This document shows, one piece after another, positions 38,390 to 57,600 of a DNA stretch of 64,000 bases (position 1 is its first letter; every line of letters begins with the position of its first letter). The notes under the pieces were generated by a model. The model was not told where the DNA came from and searched no databases. It saw nothing but the letters and a program-made list of their open reading frames with translations. The translations under genes and the position numbers were made by a program. The DNA is from Macrostomum hystrix (lineage: Eukaryota > Animalia > Platyhelminthes). Location: assembly GCA_950097015.1 (NCBI GenBank), contig CATNEN010000038.1, positions 15,252,001-15,316,000 on the forward strand, written 5' to 3'.

Positions 38390-41279
38390 GATAAATTCTG
38401 AATAAGGAAGGTTGACTTGTAATATTCATGTTGAATTAGGCACCTTTAATCCATTGGAAACTCAATAGGATTGGTCAAAGCCAGTGTGTTTATGTAAAAA
38501 TTAGAGAATTACTGTAAGGTGTTCTATTTTGAGTTCAATATAGGTCTTCAAAATATAATATTGTTCTGAGTTCAATTGCTGGATAGTAACTGGATTATGT
38601 AGTGTAAATTTAGTCAATACACAAGGAATGCAGAGATAAATAAATAATAGCCTGAATAGTCCAAATTTACAATATTGCAGTTTTTGCAGATAGGAGGTAA
38701 AATGAGAGAGAGAGGGCCTGCAAAATATAGCAAAGTTGAACTCTGCACAAAAGAATATTAAGTTTAGTAACTTTTTAATTTACATGGCTCTTAATACCAA
38801 CTCAGTGGCCTTAATAAAATAATACTATGCTTGCTTGACATTGCTGGTCATTGGATGTGTTGTATAGAGTTTTACTTTTGAAGTGCTAAATCAAGTTTTC
38901 TATTGGTATTTTTTATTATAATAGTCATTATCATTGCATAACAACAATAGTATTTCTCTGCTTTTTTGTATATATGCTAGGATATTAAGTGAGCAACTAG
39001 GCCCTACCAAAAGCTTTTTCCTAATGCAAAAAGTTCTCACAAATATAAAACATATAAAAGCCTTTTAAACAAAGATGTCAATATTTGCTAGCTAGCTACA
39101 ATGACTTTTTTTATTTAAAAAGCTTTGCTAAGCATGTGTGCTTGAGACACATCGTAAATTAATAGTAGTGCTGAATGCTGCGCACTTGTGCTGAATCTAT
39201 ACTCCATTCAATTTCAGCACTATTTGTTGGTGACTTGTGTTAAAAGGTGCAAAAACAATAGACATGGTATTATATAGGTAAATGTATTTACAATTAATTA
39301 TAATTTCTGCTATATACAAATACAGTATCTGTGATTAAAGCGCTCCTATTAACCTCTCTGACTGTCCTATATATACCCGCACTACGACTCAGAATTCTCA
39401 ATTCTTTACATCTTTTAAACCTTGGCGCTTCTTTGCCACCAGTAAACTGTATAACAAATACAATATCTATTTGCCGTTTTTAGCGTAGCTTCGCTGGTAA
39501 ACTATTGAGAATTATTTGCCATGGGCTGAAATTCTGAGGTAATATTACCTTTTATTTAATTTATTTGCTACTTCTTTATTGCTAGTAAGTAAAGTGAGTG
39601 AGAGTGAGTGAGTGTATGAGTGAATGAGTACTGTAAGTGAGTAAGTGAGTGAGTGAGTGGTGAATCTAAATCGTCAGGAAATGCGCCTATTAAGTGACTG
39701 TATATAACTAAACTTAGCCGAGTTTTATTGAGAATATTGCCAAATCAGACTACATTGGCCAACAAGTAATACTTCATTATGGGCGCTTGATAATAAAAAT
39801 ATATTATAGTTTGCAACATCTATAAATTTATAATCAATGGGGACCAATGATCGTTATGGCCATTTAGAAACTTTAAGTTGTTCTTGGTTCTCAGAGAACA
39901 TCAGTTTTTTATTTTAACTTTCGCTATCTACTGTCATTAGTAGACTGAATAGCGCACAGTGAGCCAAATACTCGTTCCTTGCAGTGGAATTACGGGCTCG
40001 TATCATGAAAATGTTTCTGTTTTATTCGTGCGATTATATTTTCACGCTTTAAGTCAATGCATTTCTTAAATTTTCACATAAAGCTTTAAACGGAGGGTGG
40101 CTTCCAACTTTCATTAAAGTTGAAAAGCCATTCGATCGAGAAAGATGACTTTCGATATGAAACCTCAGCTTCGTCAGTCCCTCGTGACCGCCGCATCGAA
40201 TCGATACCAGAAGTTTCTGATCAAGAGCTGGGTAAATTTTAATCCGAGTTAAGTCAAGCCCATTAACCTTATCTTACTTTAAGGTATCCATTTGCATGAA
40301 AACTAGAGAACAAAGCCTTGCTCAAAAATGCGGAATCGATTAGTTTTAGGATTTTCTGTCTTAAGAGAAGCTTGCTTGCTTTTTGCTATCCCTGTATAGG
40401 CGTTGATTCAGTTTAATTTCGATTTTTTCTGCTTTTAAAGTGAGAATTTGTTCGACCGTGGGACTTAATCTTTGATTATATCTCGAACTGTTAAGCTATC
40501 CTATTTAGACTGTAAAATTAGAAAAGAAACAAATCATAAAAAGTGAAAACTAAAAAGCAACTGCAAAACACAAAGCTAAAGATCATAAAAACACAACTTG
40601 TTCAGATCTACTAAAACGAATTGCAGCTAATTTACTGAATGTGATGTGAATCTAATCTGAGTAATTGATAGCTATCGAAACAGATCACTATGTGTTGATC
40701 TGATCTGCAACAATGCATGTCATTTGATTTTTTTATTTGGGCCATATCGACTATCGTGAATCTTGTTAGCAATACAGATTGATCGGCCGATAACTTTACA
40801 ACCTATTTTTGATTCTTCTTCTTCAGCGAGAATGCTTCTCGAGCAGCACTTGTGGCAGTACATGAATTCTCATCGAGTCGCTTGTTTCACTCAATTTGGC
40901 ACAATGTCTGAGATCTAATATCGCATTGTCAGAGCCTGTCATTGGTCAGCTTAATATGAAGCTGAGAGACAAATGGTTAATTAAGGCCGTCTTTGGCAGC
41001 TGACTGCTGTGTGTAAGTTCGCACCAGCCCAACTGCACTGGGCACGCGAAAATCTCACTTTGAAGGGCCTAAAAGCGAAAGGAATTGAGTAAAGAGGATG
41101 AGAATTAGAGACAGAGAGTGGAGCGCGGGATCGGAATTCCCCCGGATCAGTGCGGAAGCTACACCCCAAGCTTAGCTCAGCGAGTCGGGCAGCAATGCTA
41201 CTCATGCGGGACTAAAAATGATGTATTAATCCTGACTTAATCTGGGCCAGATGAGCTTCTGCTCTAAGGGGATAAGCGC

Positions 41280-41720
41280 TAGCTGATTGTTGCCGGCACC
41301 GTTGTCTCCAGTCTCCCAATTCCTAACTCCCACTATAGCATTGCTATTGCCTTCTAATCATGGCTAGCAGGCAAAACTGGCTTGACAAACCGTTTTCACA
41401 CACAATCAATCACTCCTACAATTGATCCGCGAAATTACTGCCCATGCAGGCCCCTCCTAGCGTGCTCACAGGACTCTAATGTAAGCACCACCAACCACAT
41501 GCGGAAGAGGCTCTCTACAGCTAGCTGTGTGAAGCTAGATTTCGCTTCTGGACCAAGCAAGGAAGCCAGCCATCCCGTCTCCAACTGATATCTCTCGGCG
41601 TCTCTCACTTTATCTCAGAGTCTCTAGTCCTGGATATACTTACTGTGCTGCGCAGATTGAGGTCTTCAAGCCTGTCTGCTCGTCGCAATCATCTGTTTGA
41701 GTTCTGAGCAGCATGCTTTT
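41280..41720 (+). mobile_element. Possible heavily eroded LINE RT remnant (CR1/L2-like)
   Basis: Scattered fragments resembling PISLTPTIA, ITPTIDPR and LSARRNHL in the expected order, with frameshifts. Confidence 0.3.
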
Positions 41721-43309
41721 TAGCGGTATTTTTCTGACTGCTGGCAGTTTACCATGTTTGTCTCCCCGATTTTCTTTGTCCCCGCAGAGCTAATAGCCAT
41801 GCAGTTATTGAAAGGCCATCATTCATATCGCGTGCCATAGTATACAACTTTTTAAGTACCGCCCATGCAGCGAATGCAAAGCAGATGTTGGTCGCGGCGC
41901 AATGCTTCCAAAATGCTTCCGCTAAGTCAACAAGCGACAAACATTGAAATGGGTGTCGCGCTGCAGGACACTGACGAAAAGCAATCAGTTGCTACCCGAG
42001 ATGAGAGAGCTAAGGCCTCTGCATTTGGGTGGTTGTTTTGGAGACGGCGGTACTTAGCGGCAACTGCAATTTTTTAGTGACGTTTTTCGGGAAGCAACTT
42101 GACGATAAAACTTGTTGCAGCTGAATCAGAAGGGAAAGAGCAGAAGAGGCCTAGGAGGGATAAATTCGTTAAAAACCGTTGGTCAGGTAGGCCACTGTGC
42201 CCAGTCCCACTCTCTGTCTGTGCATGTCTTCATTTTTATTTCTTAACAAGAGTTTTCGGACCGCATGCAGCACTCTGAAAGGCATTGCAGAGGACAGTTG
42301 TTGGAAATCATTTTTCCTATGCAGCAATGGAACTGGCGGGGAATTGACTTGTGCCACAGTTGGGACATAAATTTGTGGGGCACTTAGAGAGGCAAGCAGT
42401 TATGTTGATATATTTTCAACTAGAGGGCGGGGCAGCCATGTCACATTGCTAAAGCCGCCTGTTTGACAAAAGGCTTTGTTTAACGTTTTCGTTTTTTTAG
42501 GAAATAGGTGGCGCAATGCTATCTAAATAGCTTTCACTTCTGCAGTGAAATTTTGTGTCATCTCAGAAAGGCTATTTTGCTGTCTAATTTGGGTCATTTA
42601 GTATAGAGGGTTTTAAAACACATTGTAATCGAGTTTTCATGTTTTACATGTCAGAATACTTTTTTGTTCCCTCTAGTAATTTCTTATCACAAATTTTAAT
42701 ATACAAAGCGTTTAGAACAAGTTCTAACTTTAAAGAAAATTTTACACCTGAGCTAGTTAGAAAAATTCTACTCAACATGAGAATAAACTAAAGCGAGACA
42801 CTCGCTTGAAGAATCATCCTTGATTAGGTTTAAATTCATGGGGACTCAAGCCTCATCAAAGTAAGAGCTATAGATGTGAGACCCTCTGACTTTTCAGAAG
42901 TGGACTAAATGGTTGCCTTCGCAAGTCCGGTTCAAACTTTCCCAACCGTGTTTCAAGAGTGATCAGTTCAGCATAGGCCTTCCTTAGTTAGTGAAGGCGG
43001 GGTTTGGCGCGATAAAGTTGGGCGAAGCCTTGGCGGTGGGTGTTGTTGACGAATGCAAGCCAGGTGGCCGACAACCCTTGTAGCAAAAGGCTTTTTGGCA
43101 TGCGAGGGTGCCGACACTTTCGTCCCTTTATTTATCTCCCCGTGTGTCATGTGTGCGAGCCAGTTCCGTCTGTCTCTGCCAACATAAGTTCCACAACTCT
43201 TCGATAACTTTCTAATCTCTCTAGTTCAGTGCGGCAACCTTTTATGTACGCATCGCCAAAAATAGAGAAACTTATAAAAATACGACAGCGGGCCGAATTA
43301 ACGGTCGAG

Positions 43310-43640
43310 AGATGAGGCAAGGGAGGTGTGAGACGGGAGATATGTGATAGTGGAGAGATGAGACAGAGGAGAAATGAGACAGGGAGAGATGAGACACGGG
43401 AGAGGTGAGACAGGGAGAGATGAGATAGGGGAGAGATGAGACAGGGGAGAGATGAGACAGGGAGAGATGAGACACGGGAGAGATGAGACACGGGAGAGGT
43501 GAGACAGGGAGAGATGAGATAGGGGAGAGATGAGACAGGGGAGAGATGAGACAGGGAGAGATGAGATAGAGGAGAGATGAGACAGGGAAGTGATTAGACA
43601 GTGAAGAGGTAAGACAGGGGTAGATTAGACAAGGGAGAGA
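43310..43640. repeat. 15-16-bp purine-rich minisatellite (GAGATGAGACAGGGGA)
   Basis: Direct periodicity. Confidence 0.92.
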
Positions 43641-44307
43641 ATGTGTTAAGATGGTTTGGGAGCGTGGTAGGAATATTGGATTAGGGCTTCAATACTCTAA
43701 AATATCCCACGTATTTCCACTTTTCAAAACACCAAAGTTGCTGTTAACTTTTGTTGTGACCACAAGAACTAGATTCATCCATGAGAACCTGTTTTGTTTG
43801 GGTCCGAAATTGTGTTGTGAAGCTAATGAAAAATAATTTATTCATCTGAGTAATAGAAATGAGAGTGAGGTTTAGCGAGCGGTGGACAGTTGAAAATGCT
43901 TGGAATTGATCATTTACTAAATGCAGGACAGTTGGGGCGGCATAACTAATTCTTGGCTTGTGCCAGGAGCCAAAGCCTGTCGTCTGCCTGTCATTGCTTG
44001 TGTCACGGCTCGTTCATCACTGACCACTTTGCGCGAACGATTGGCACCGAACCTTTTGTTTCTATAGGCTAGGCCTCCGCCGCTCCGCCTTATTTTCCAT
44101 TTTAGTCTCCTAACTTAAAGCTGCCAATTGTATACTGGAAACAGACAGTTGTCGGACTGGAACCACTCGCTGTTGTTTAAACAGGAGGCCCATGGCAACT
44201 AACTAGGTGGAATATGCATCGGCTATTGGGTGGTTGGTGCTTCTGCGCTGCTTAACGGGTAGTTATTTAAACTTATTTTGCCGATATTTCAACCTATAGC
44301 TACATTC

Positions 44308-44582
44308 CAGTGGTTTGAGCTTTGGACTTTACACCGAGAGAGGTCGAGAGTTCGAATCTTAGGGAAGAGGGATGCAGCTTGTGTACTTTAATAATAATAA
44401 TAAGTATAGATATAACTTATTACTACTGCACCGATGCGGCCACAATTGCAGCCAACAGCACAGCCGCAGCTATTGCGCGGCGCATCTGAAGACAGCGAAC
44501 GACTAGGACTGTTCAGTCCATGGACTGGGGGGACGCCACACCCAGCCACAATTACCCCAGCTGATGCTGGTACCCATTTGAC
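44308..44582 (-). mobile_element. SINE B 3' half (minus, 44388-44582) next to a plus-strand tRNA-like head fragment (44308-44360)
   Basis: Matches the 25755 copy up to GGTACCCATTT, then runs into the 23-bp array. Confidence 0.8.
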
Positions 44583-47080
44583 ATCTTCAGTCTCCAATAA
44601 GGTCCATCTTCAGTCTCCAATCAGGCCCATCTTCAGTCTCCAATCAGGTCCATCTTCAGTCTCCAATCAGGTCCATCTTCAGTCTCCAATCAGGTCCATC
44701 TTCAGTCTCCAATCAAGTCAATCTTCAGTCTCCAATCAGGTCCATCTTCAGTCTCCAATCAGGTCCATCTTCAGTCTCCAATCAGGTCCATCTTCAGTCT
44801 CCAATCAAGTCAATCTTCAGTCTCCAATCAGGTCCATCTTCAGTCTCCAATCAGGCCCATCTTCAGTCTCCAATCAGGCCCATCTTCAGTCTCCAATCAG
44901 GTCCATCTTCAGTCTCCAATCAAGTCAATCTTCAGTCTCCAATCAGGCCCATCTTCAGTCTCCAATCAAGTCAATCTTCAGTCTCCAATCAGGCCCATCT
45001 TCAGTCTCCAATCAGGCCCATCTTCAGTCTCCAATCAGGCCCATCTTCAGTCTCCAATCAAGTCAATCTTCAGTCTCCAATCAGGCCCATCTTCAGTCTC
45101 CAATCAGGCCCATCTTCAGTCTCCAATCAAGTCAATCTTCAGTCTCCAATCAGGCCCATCTTCAGTCTCCAATCAGGCCCATCTTCAGTCTCCAATCAAG
45201 TCAATCTTCAGTCTCCAATCAAGTCAATCTTCAGTCTCCAATCAGGCCCATCTTCAGTCTCCAATCAGGCCCATCTTCAGTCTCCAATCAGGCCCATCTT
45301 CAGTCTCCAATCAAGTCAATCTTCAGTCTCCAATCAAGTCAATCTTCAGTCTCCAATCAGGCCCATCTTCAGTCTCCAATCAGGCCCATCTTCAGTCTCC
45401 AATCAGGCCCATCTTCAGTCTCCAATCAGGTCCATCTTCAGTCTCCAATCAGGTCCATCTTCAGTCTCCAATCAAGTCAATCTTCAGTCTCCAATCAGGT
45501 CCATCTTCAGTCTCCAATAAGGTCCATCTTCAGTCTCCAATCAGGCCCATCTTCAGTCTCCAATCAGGTCCATCTTCAGTCTCCAATCAGGTCCATCTTC
45601 AGTCTCCAATCAGGTCCATCTTCAGTCTCCAATCAAGTCAATCTTCAGTCTCCAATCAGGTCCATCTTCAGTCTCCAATCAGGCCCATCTTCAGTCTCCA
45701 ATCAGGCCCATCTTCAGTCTCCAATCAGGCCCATCTTCAGTCTCCAATCAAGTCAATCTTCAGTCTCCAATCAGGCCCATCTTCAGTCTCCAATCAGGCC
45801 CATCTTCAGTCTCCAATCAGGCCCATCTTCAGTCTCCAATCAAGTCAATCTTCAGTCTCCAATCAGGCCCATCTTCAGTCTCCAATCAGGCCCATCTTCA
45901 GTCTCCAATCAAGTCAATCTTCAGTCTCCAATCAAGTCAATCTTCAGTCTCCAATCAGGCCCATCTTCAGTCTCCAATCAGGCCCATCTTCAGTCTCCAA
46001 TCAGGCCCATCTTCAGTCTCCAATCAGGCCCATCTTCAGTCTCCAATCAGGCCCATCTTCAGTCTCCAATCAGGCCCATCTTCAGTCTCCAATCAAGTCA
46101 ATCTTCAGTCTCCAATCAGGTCCATCTTCAGTCTCCAATCAGGTCCATCTTTAGTCTCCAATCAGGCCCATCTTCAGTCTCCAATCAGGCCCATCTCCAG
46201 TCTCCAATCAGGCCCATCTTCAGTCTCCAATCAGGTCCATCTTCAGTCTCCAATCAGGCCCATCTTCAGTCTCCAATCAGATCCATCTTCAGTCTCCAAT
46301 CAGGCCCATCTTCAGTCTCCAATCAGATCCATCTTCAGTCTCCAATCAGGCCCATCTTCAGTCTCCAATCAGATCCATCTTCAGTCTCCAATCAGGCCCA
46401 TCTTCAGTCTCCAATCAGGTCAATCTTCAGTCTCCAGTCAGGTCAATCTTCAGTCTCCAATCAGGCCCATCTTCAGTCTCCAATCAGATCCATCTTCAGT
46501 CTCCAATCAGATCCATCTTCAGTCTCCAATCAAGTCAATCTTCAGTCTCCAATCAGGCCCATCTTCAGTCTCCAATCAGATCCATCTTCAGTCTCCAATC
46601 AGGCCCATCTTCAGTCTCCAATCAGATCCATCTTCAGTCTCCAATCAGGCCCATCTTCAGTCTCCAATCAGGTCCATCTTCAGTCTCCAATCAGGTCCAT
46701 CTTCAGTCTCCAATCAAGTCAATCTTCAGTCTCCAATCAGGTCCATCTTCAGTCTCCAATCAGGTCCATCTTCAGTCTCCAATCAGGTCCATCTTCAGTC
46801 TTCAATCAGGTCCATCTTCAGTCTCCAATCAGGTCAATCTTCAGTCTCCAATCAGGCCCATCTTCAGTCTCCAATCAGGTCCATCTTCAGTCTCCAATCA
46901 GGCCCATCTTCAGTCTCCAATCAGGCCCATCTTCTGTCTCCAATCAGGTCAATCTTCAGTCTCCAATCAGGTCCATCTTCAGTCTCCAATCAGGCCCATC
47001 TTCAGTCTCCAATCAGGCCCATCTTCAGTCTCCAATCAGGCCCATCTTCAGTCTCCAATCAAGTCAATCTTCAGTCTCTA
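44582..47080. repeat. 23-bp satellite (CATCTTCAGTCTCCAATCAGGCC), ~2.5 kb
   Basis: Direct periodicity; produces the spurious 918-aa ORF. Confidence 0.97.
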
Positions 47081-48834
47081 ATGAGCAATCGAATGCATTT
47101 TCGCGGCACCAGAGTGAGCTGCATGAATTTATTCGTCTCCTGTTGCTGAGTGAAGTTGTAATACTTCGTATTTCAAAGCAGTCACTTTAGGTTTCTGCTA
47201 CTGCTGCTTTTTGTAGTTTTTGTCGCGCGTGCCACAGAATTTATGGGCGACCGAGAATGGAGGAGCAGCACATTGTGGGCCGGATATTGTGGAAGAATAT
47301 CACCAGATTTATTTTTTAAATTTTTTTTGTTTAGCAAGCTGCGCACTATCAGTGAGTGGCCATATTTACCGCCTAGGCTTCGGCGCACAATCTCTTTACA
47401 AAATAATTTAAATTCAGAAATGAAACAGACGAGACGAGTGGAAATATTGGTGTATCGAAGTTGGTAGGCATAGAGTCTCTGTGGTGTTGCTTCTTTAGGA
47501 GAAATGTCTTGAAGCGGGTTTGTCAACTCTCTTCCCCCATATAACTCTGGGAGCTGTCTTGCTGAAAAATAATAGAAAACTAGCTGGCAGCCCGTATATA
47601 ACAGTTGTTTTAGCGGTGCATTTTCGTCTGCGCAGTATTGTGTGTAGTCTAAGATTTCGCACCTGCTACATCATCACCGCCGAATTTCCTTGTCTTCTAT
47701 AGAAGCCTTCAAGGAAAAAAGTATCCGCCAATACCGATTGTGTCGCGCAAAAGCAGCAGATAAGAAAAAGAATTGTTAACTTAACTTCGCAGTACTTTTT
47801 GCCACCTGATTAGCCTGTGCTTTGTGTACAGTTCTTCCTGCTCTTTTGGCATCAGACAGCCAGTAAAGCTTGGTAGACAGATGAATCTGTGCTGAAAAGG
47901 ATTTCAATTAAACAGTCAGTGCCGGCAACTGCAGCAGTGAGTGAAGCAGTACAGTACAGCAGTTTCGCTACAAATACCCAAAGTCAGTGCAATCTAGAGG
48001 GCAGGTGGTCTGACAGTTCTTATTTATTTTTATTATAACTGACAGTGTCGTGATGGACGAGATTCTGGACAAACATTTTTTCTTTTATTTTTTTCTGCGA
48101 AAGCATTTGTTTTGGGAGAAACTGGGAGAGAAGATTAACGTTAGTCAATTTATTTATTTCTTTGCATTTTTAACACGCGCAGGCAAAACAAGCTGAACTG
48201 CATGATTATTAAGAATGGATTTCCCTATAGATAACAAACTAAAAGTGGTGATACGAATACAAAGCTGGAGAAATGTAAAAATTATGCATAATATACAGTC
48301 CGACAAAACATAACAGTTACATAAAAAACACATGTTTGCTGGTGCTATGGTTGTTATTGTTGCCATGCGAATCAAAATCGCAACTTCAGCTACTCTAATT
48401 ATTGCAAAGACATAAAACATAAGTTAACGCGTGTTTTTTCTGATGGGTGAATGGCGCTGGTCAGAATGGGAATACAATAAAATAATTACGAGCTAATTAA
48501 TTGCTGCATGGGCTTTTGCTTGAAGCGAACAATCGATCGACGTGCAATGGCTTATTATATTATATGATAGAAAGTCTTTTCTTCAAAGATATTGCGAGAG
48601 ATCAGCAGATTGGAACCATAGTATAGGACAGAAAACAGCAAAACTCTATATTTAGGTGCGTTTAGGAGCCTAGCAACAAACACAGTCGATCTCAGATTCC
48701 TGAGTAGCGAGTCACAAAGGAGTGTTTTACTATTGCTGTCTCGCTGTAATTATCCGAATGAATCTCATAGAGGATATTGTGTTGTGCTAGATGCAAATCG
48801 TTAATTAAGCAAAGTCAGTATAGCAAACTGCAGC

Positions 48835-53868
<5,034 letters not shown>

Positions 53869-54689
53869 ATCAAACTTTTAATATGAAACAAGTCTGCTTT
53901 TGCGGTGAAAGAAAATTTGCTAGCAAACCGGGGGAATTATAGAGTGGGAGGGGCTGGTGGGGGGAGTTAAAAATGTGGGGGATTTGGGCTAGTGGCGCGG
54001 CACTGACGCCAACCAATGAGCGAGGTCCACAGTCAGCAATTGATGGGTGGAGAGTGGAGGGGAGAGTCGGACTGTCGGCCAATGGATCTAGTTGCGTCGA
54101 CTAAAACTTTCAAGGAATTTTAAAGCAAAATCTGTTGAGGATTGAATATTTTATTGCCGTGATGGGGGTTGCAATATATAATCACTGTTTATGGTCATTG
54201 ATTTATGACTCGTGAAAAAAAGGAAATAGCCTCACAAACAGTCACAGAGACACTGCTCACAATATGGCCAGTTAAAAGTAGACTCCATTGCCAAGCTAAT
54301 TCAATGCGGTCACGCATTGTACGCATCGAAAATTTTAACACCAATGTCTGAAAAAATTGGCAAAACATTTGTCTCTTAAATTGAATGTCGTGTTGCTTTT
54401 GTCTTAACACCATTTTGTCAGTTTTGCCACCTTGACGGGAAAGTTGTGAACAGAAGGTGGAGAATAATTTGATTTTTTCATTTATGGGAATTTACAGCTT
54501 TAAAATATGATTCGATTCATAAATCAGGGACTCGGACAATTATATAAGCGCTAAGTCTGTGGTGTAAATCCAGTCTGCCAAATTAAATGCAACATTAATT
54601 CTACTAAGGAAATTGTTTCTTAAAAATTAATTTCTCTGCCAACACCATTTTATACAGTTTAGGATCAACATCATCAGTAAAATGAAATC

Positions 54690-57600
54690 GCAATAGAACT
54701 TAGATCCCAGAGTCAAATCCCAAATTAAATGAGATCCCAAAATCAAATCCCAGCACACCTTAGATCCAAAAATGAAATCCCAGCAGATCTGAGATCCCAA
54801 AATAAATCCCAACAGATCTGAGATCCCAAAATAAATCCCAACAGATCTGAGATCCCAAAATCAAATCCCAACAGATCTGAGATCCCAAAATGAAATCCCA
54901 CCAGATCTGAGATCCCAAAATCAAATCCCAACAGATCTGAGATCCCGAAATGAAATCCCACCAGATCTGAGATCCCAAAATCAAATCCCAACAGATCTGA
55001 GATCCCAAAATCAAATCCCAACAGATCTGAGATCCCAAAATCAAATCCCAACAGATCTGAGATCCCAAAATCAAATCCCAACAGATCTGAGATCCCAAAA
55101 TACATCCCATCAAAAACTGAAATCCCGAAATGAGATCCCAACAGATCTGAGATCCCAAAATCAAATCCCAACAGATCTGAGATCCCAAAATAAATCCCAA
55201 CAGATCTGAGATCCCAAAATCAAATCCCAACAGATCTGAGATCCCAAAATACATCCCATCAAAAACTGAAATCCCGAAATGAGATCCCAACAGACCTCAG
55301 ATCGCGAAATGAAGTCCCACCAGATCTGAGATCCTGAAATGAAATCCCAACAGATCTGAGATCCCAAAATCAAATCCCAACAGATCTGAGATCCCGAAAT
55401 GAAATCCCACCAGATCTGAGATCCCAAAATCAAATCCCAACAGATCTGAGATCCCAAAATCAAATCCCAACAGATCTGAGATCCCAAAATAAATCCCAAC
55501 AGATCTGAGATCCCAAAATCAAATCCCAACAGATCTGAGATCCCAAAATGAAATCCCACCAGATCTGAGATCCCAAAATCAAATCCCAACAGATCTGAGA
55601 TCCCGAAATGAAATCCCACCAGATCTGAGATCCCAAAATCAAATCCCAACAGATCTGAGATCCCAAAATCAAATCCCAACAGATCTGAGATCCCAAAATC
55701 AAATCCCAACAGATCTGAGATCCCAAAATACATCCCATCAAAAACTGAAATCCCGAAATGAGATCCCAACAGACCTCAGATCGCGAAATGAAGTCCCACC
55801 AGATCTGAGATCCTGAAATGAAATCCCATCAGATCTGACATCCCAAAATCAAATCCCATCAAAAACTGAAATCCCGAAATGAGATCCCAACAGACCTCAG
55901 ATCGCGAAATGAAGTCCCACCAGATCTGAGATCCTGAAATGAAATCCCATCAGATCTGACATCCCAAAATCAAATCCCATCAAAAACTGAAATCCCGAAA
56001 TGAGATCCCAACAGACCTCAGATCGCGAAATGAAATCTCATCAGATCTGAGATCCTGAAATGAAATCCCATCAGATCTGACATCCCAAAATCAAATCCCA
56101 TCAAAAACTGAAATCCCGAAATGAGATCCCAACAGACCTCAGATCGCGAAATGAAATCCCATCAGATCTGAGATCCTGAAATGAAATCCCATCAGATCTG
56201 AGATCCCAAAATCAAATCCCAACAGATCTGAGATCCCAAAATACATCCCATCAAAAACTGAAATCCCGAAATGAGATCCCAACAGACCTCAGATCGCGAA
56301 ATGAAGTCCCACCAGATCTGAGATCCTGAAATGAAATCCCATCAGATCTGACATCCCAAAATCAAATCCCATCAAAAACTGAAATCCCGAAATGAGATCC
56401 CAACAGACCTCAGATCGCGAAATGAAATCCCATCAGATCTGAGATCCTGAAATGAAGTCCCATCAGATCTGAGATCCTGAAATGAAGTCCCATCAGATCT
56501 GAGATCCTGAAATGAAGTCCCATCAGATCTGAGATCCTGAAATGAAATCCCATCAGATCTGAGATCCTGAAATGAAGTCCCATCAGATCTGAGATCCTGA
56601 AATGAAGTCCCATCAGATCTGAGATCCTGAAATGAAATCCCAACAGATCTGAGATCCTGAAATGAAGTCCCATCAGATCTGAGATCCTGAAATGAAGTCC
56701 CATCAGATCTGAGATCCTGAAATGAAGTCCCATCAGATCTGAGATCCCGAAATGAGATCCCAACAGACCTCAGATCGCGAAATGAAGTCCCACCAGATCT
56801 GAGATCCTGAAATGAAATCCCATCAGATCTGACATCCCAAAATCAAATCCCATCAAAAACTGAAATCCCGAAATGAGATCCCAACAGACCTCAGATCGCG
56901 AAATGAAGTCCCACCAGATCTGAGATCCTGAAATGAAATCCCATCAGATCTGACATCCCAAAATCAAATCCCATCAAAAACTGAAATCCCGAAATGAGAT
57001 CCCAACAGACCTCAGATCGCGAAATGAAGTCCCACCAGATCTGAGATCCTGAAATGAAATCCCATCAGATCTGACATCCCAAAATCAAATCCCATCAAAA
57101 ACTGAAATCCCGAAATGAGATCCCAACAGACCTCAGATCGCGAAATGAAGTCCCACCAGATCTGAGATCCTGAAATGAAATCCCATCAGATCTGACATCC
57201 CAAAATCAAATCCCATCAAAAACTGAAATCCCGAAATGAGATCCCAACAGACCTCAGATCGCGAAATGAAATCCCATCAGATCTGACATCCCAAAATCAA
57301 ATCCCATCAAAAACTGAAATCCCGAAATGAGATCCCAACAGACCTCAGATCGCGAAATGAAGTCCCACCAGATCTGAGATCCTGAAATGAAATCCCATCA
57401 GATCTGACATCCCAAAATCAAATCCCATCAAAAACTGAAATCCCGAAATGAGATCCCAACAGACCTCAGATCGCGAAATGAAATCCCATCAGATCTGACA
57501 TCCCAAAATCAAATCCCATCAAAAACTGAAATCCCGAAATGAGATCCCAACAGACCTCAGATCGCGAAATGAAATCCCACCAGATCTGAGATCCTGAAAT

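Noticed and set aside
39955-40330. CACAGTG-initiated Transib-like transposon end
   Set aside because: No matching opposite terminus or transposase found.
44434-47190. 918-aa ORF
   Set aside because: Starts in an antisense SINE B and reads through a stop-poor 23-bp satellite; no domain or splice support.
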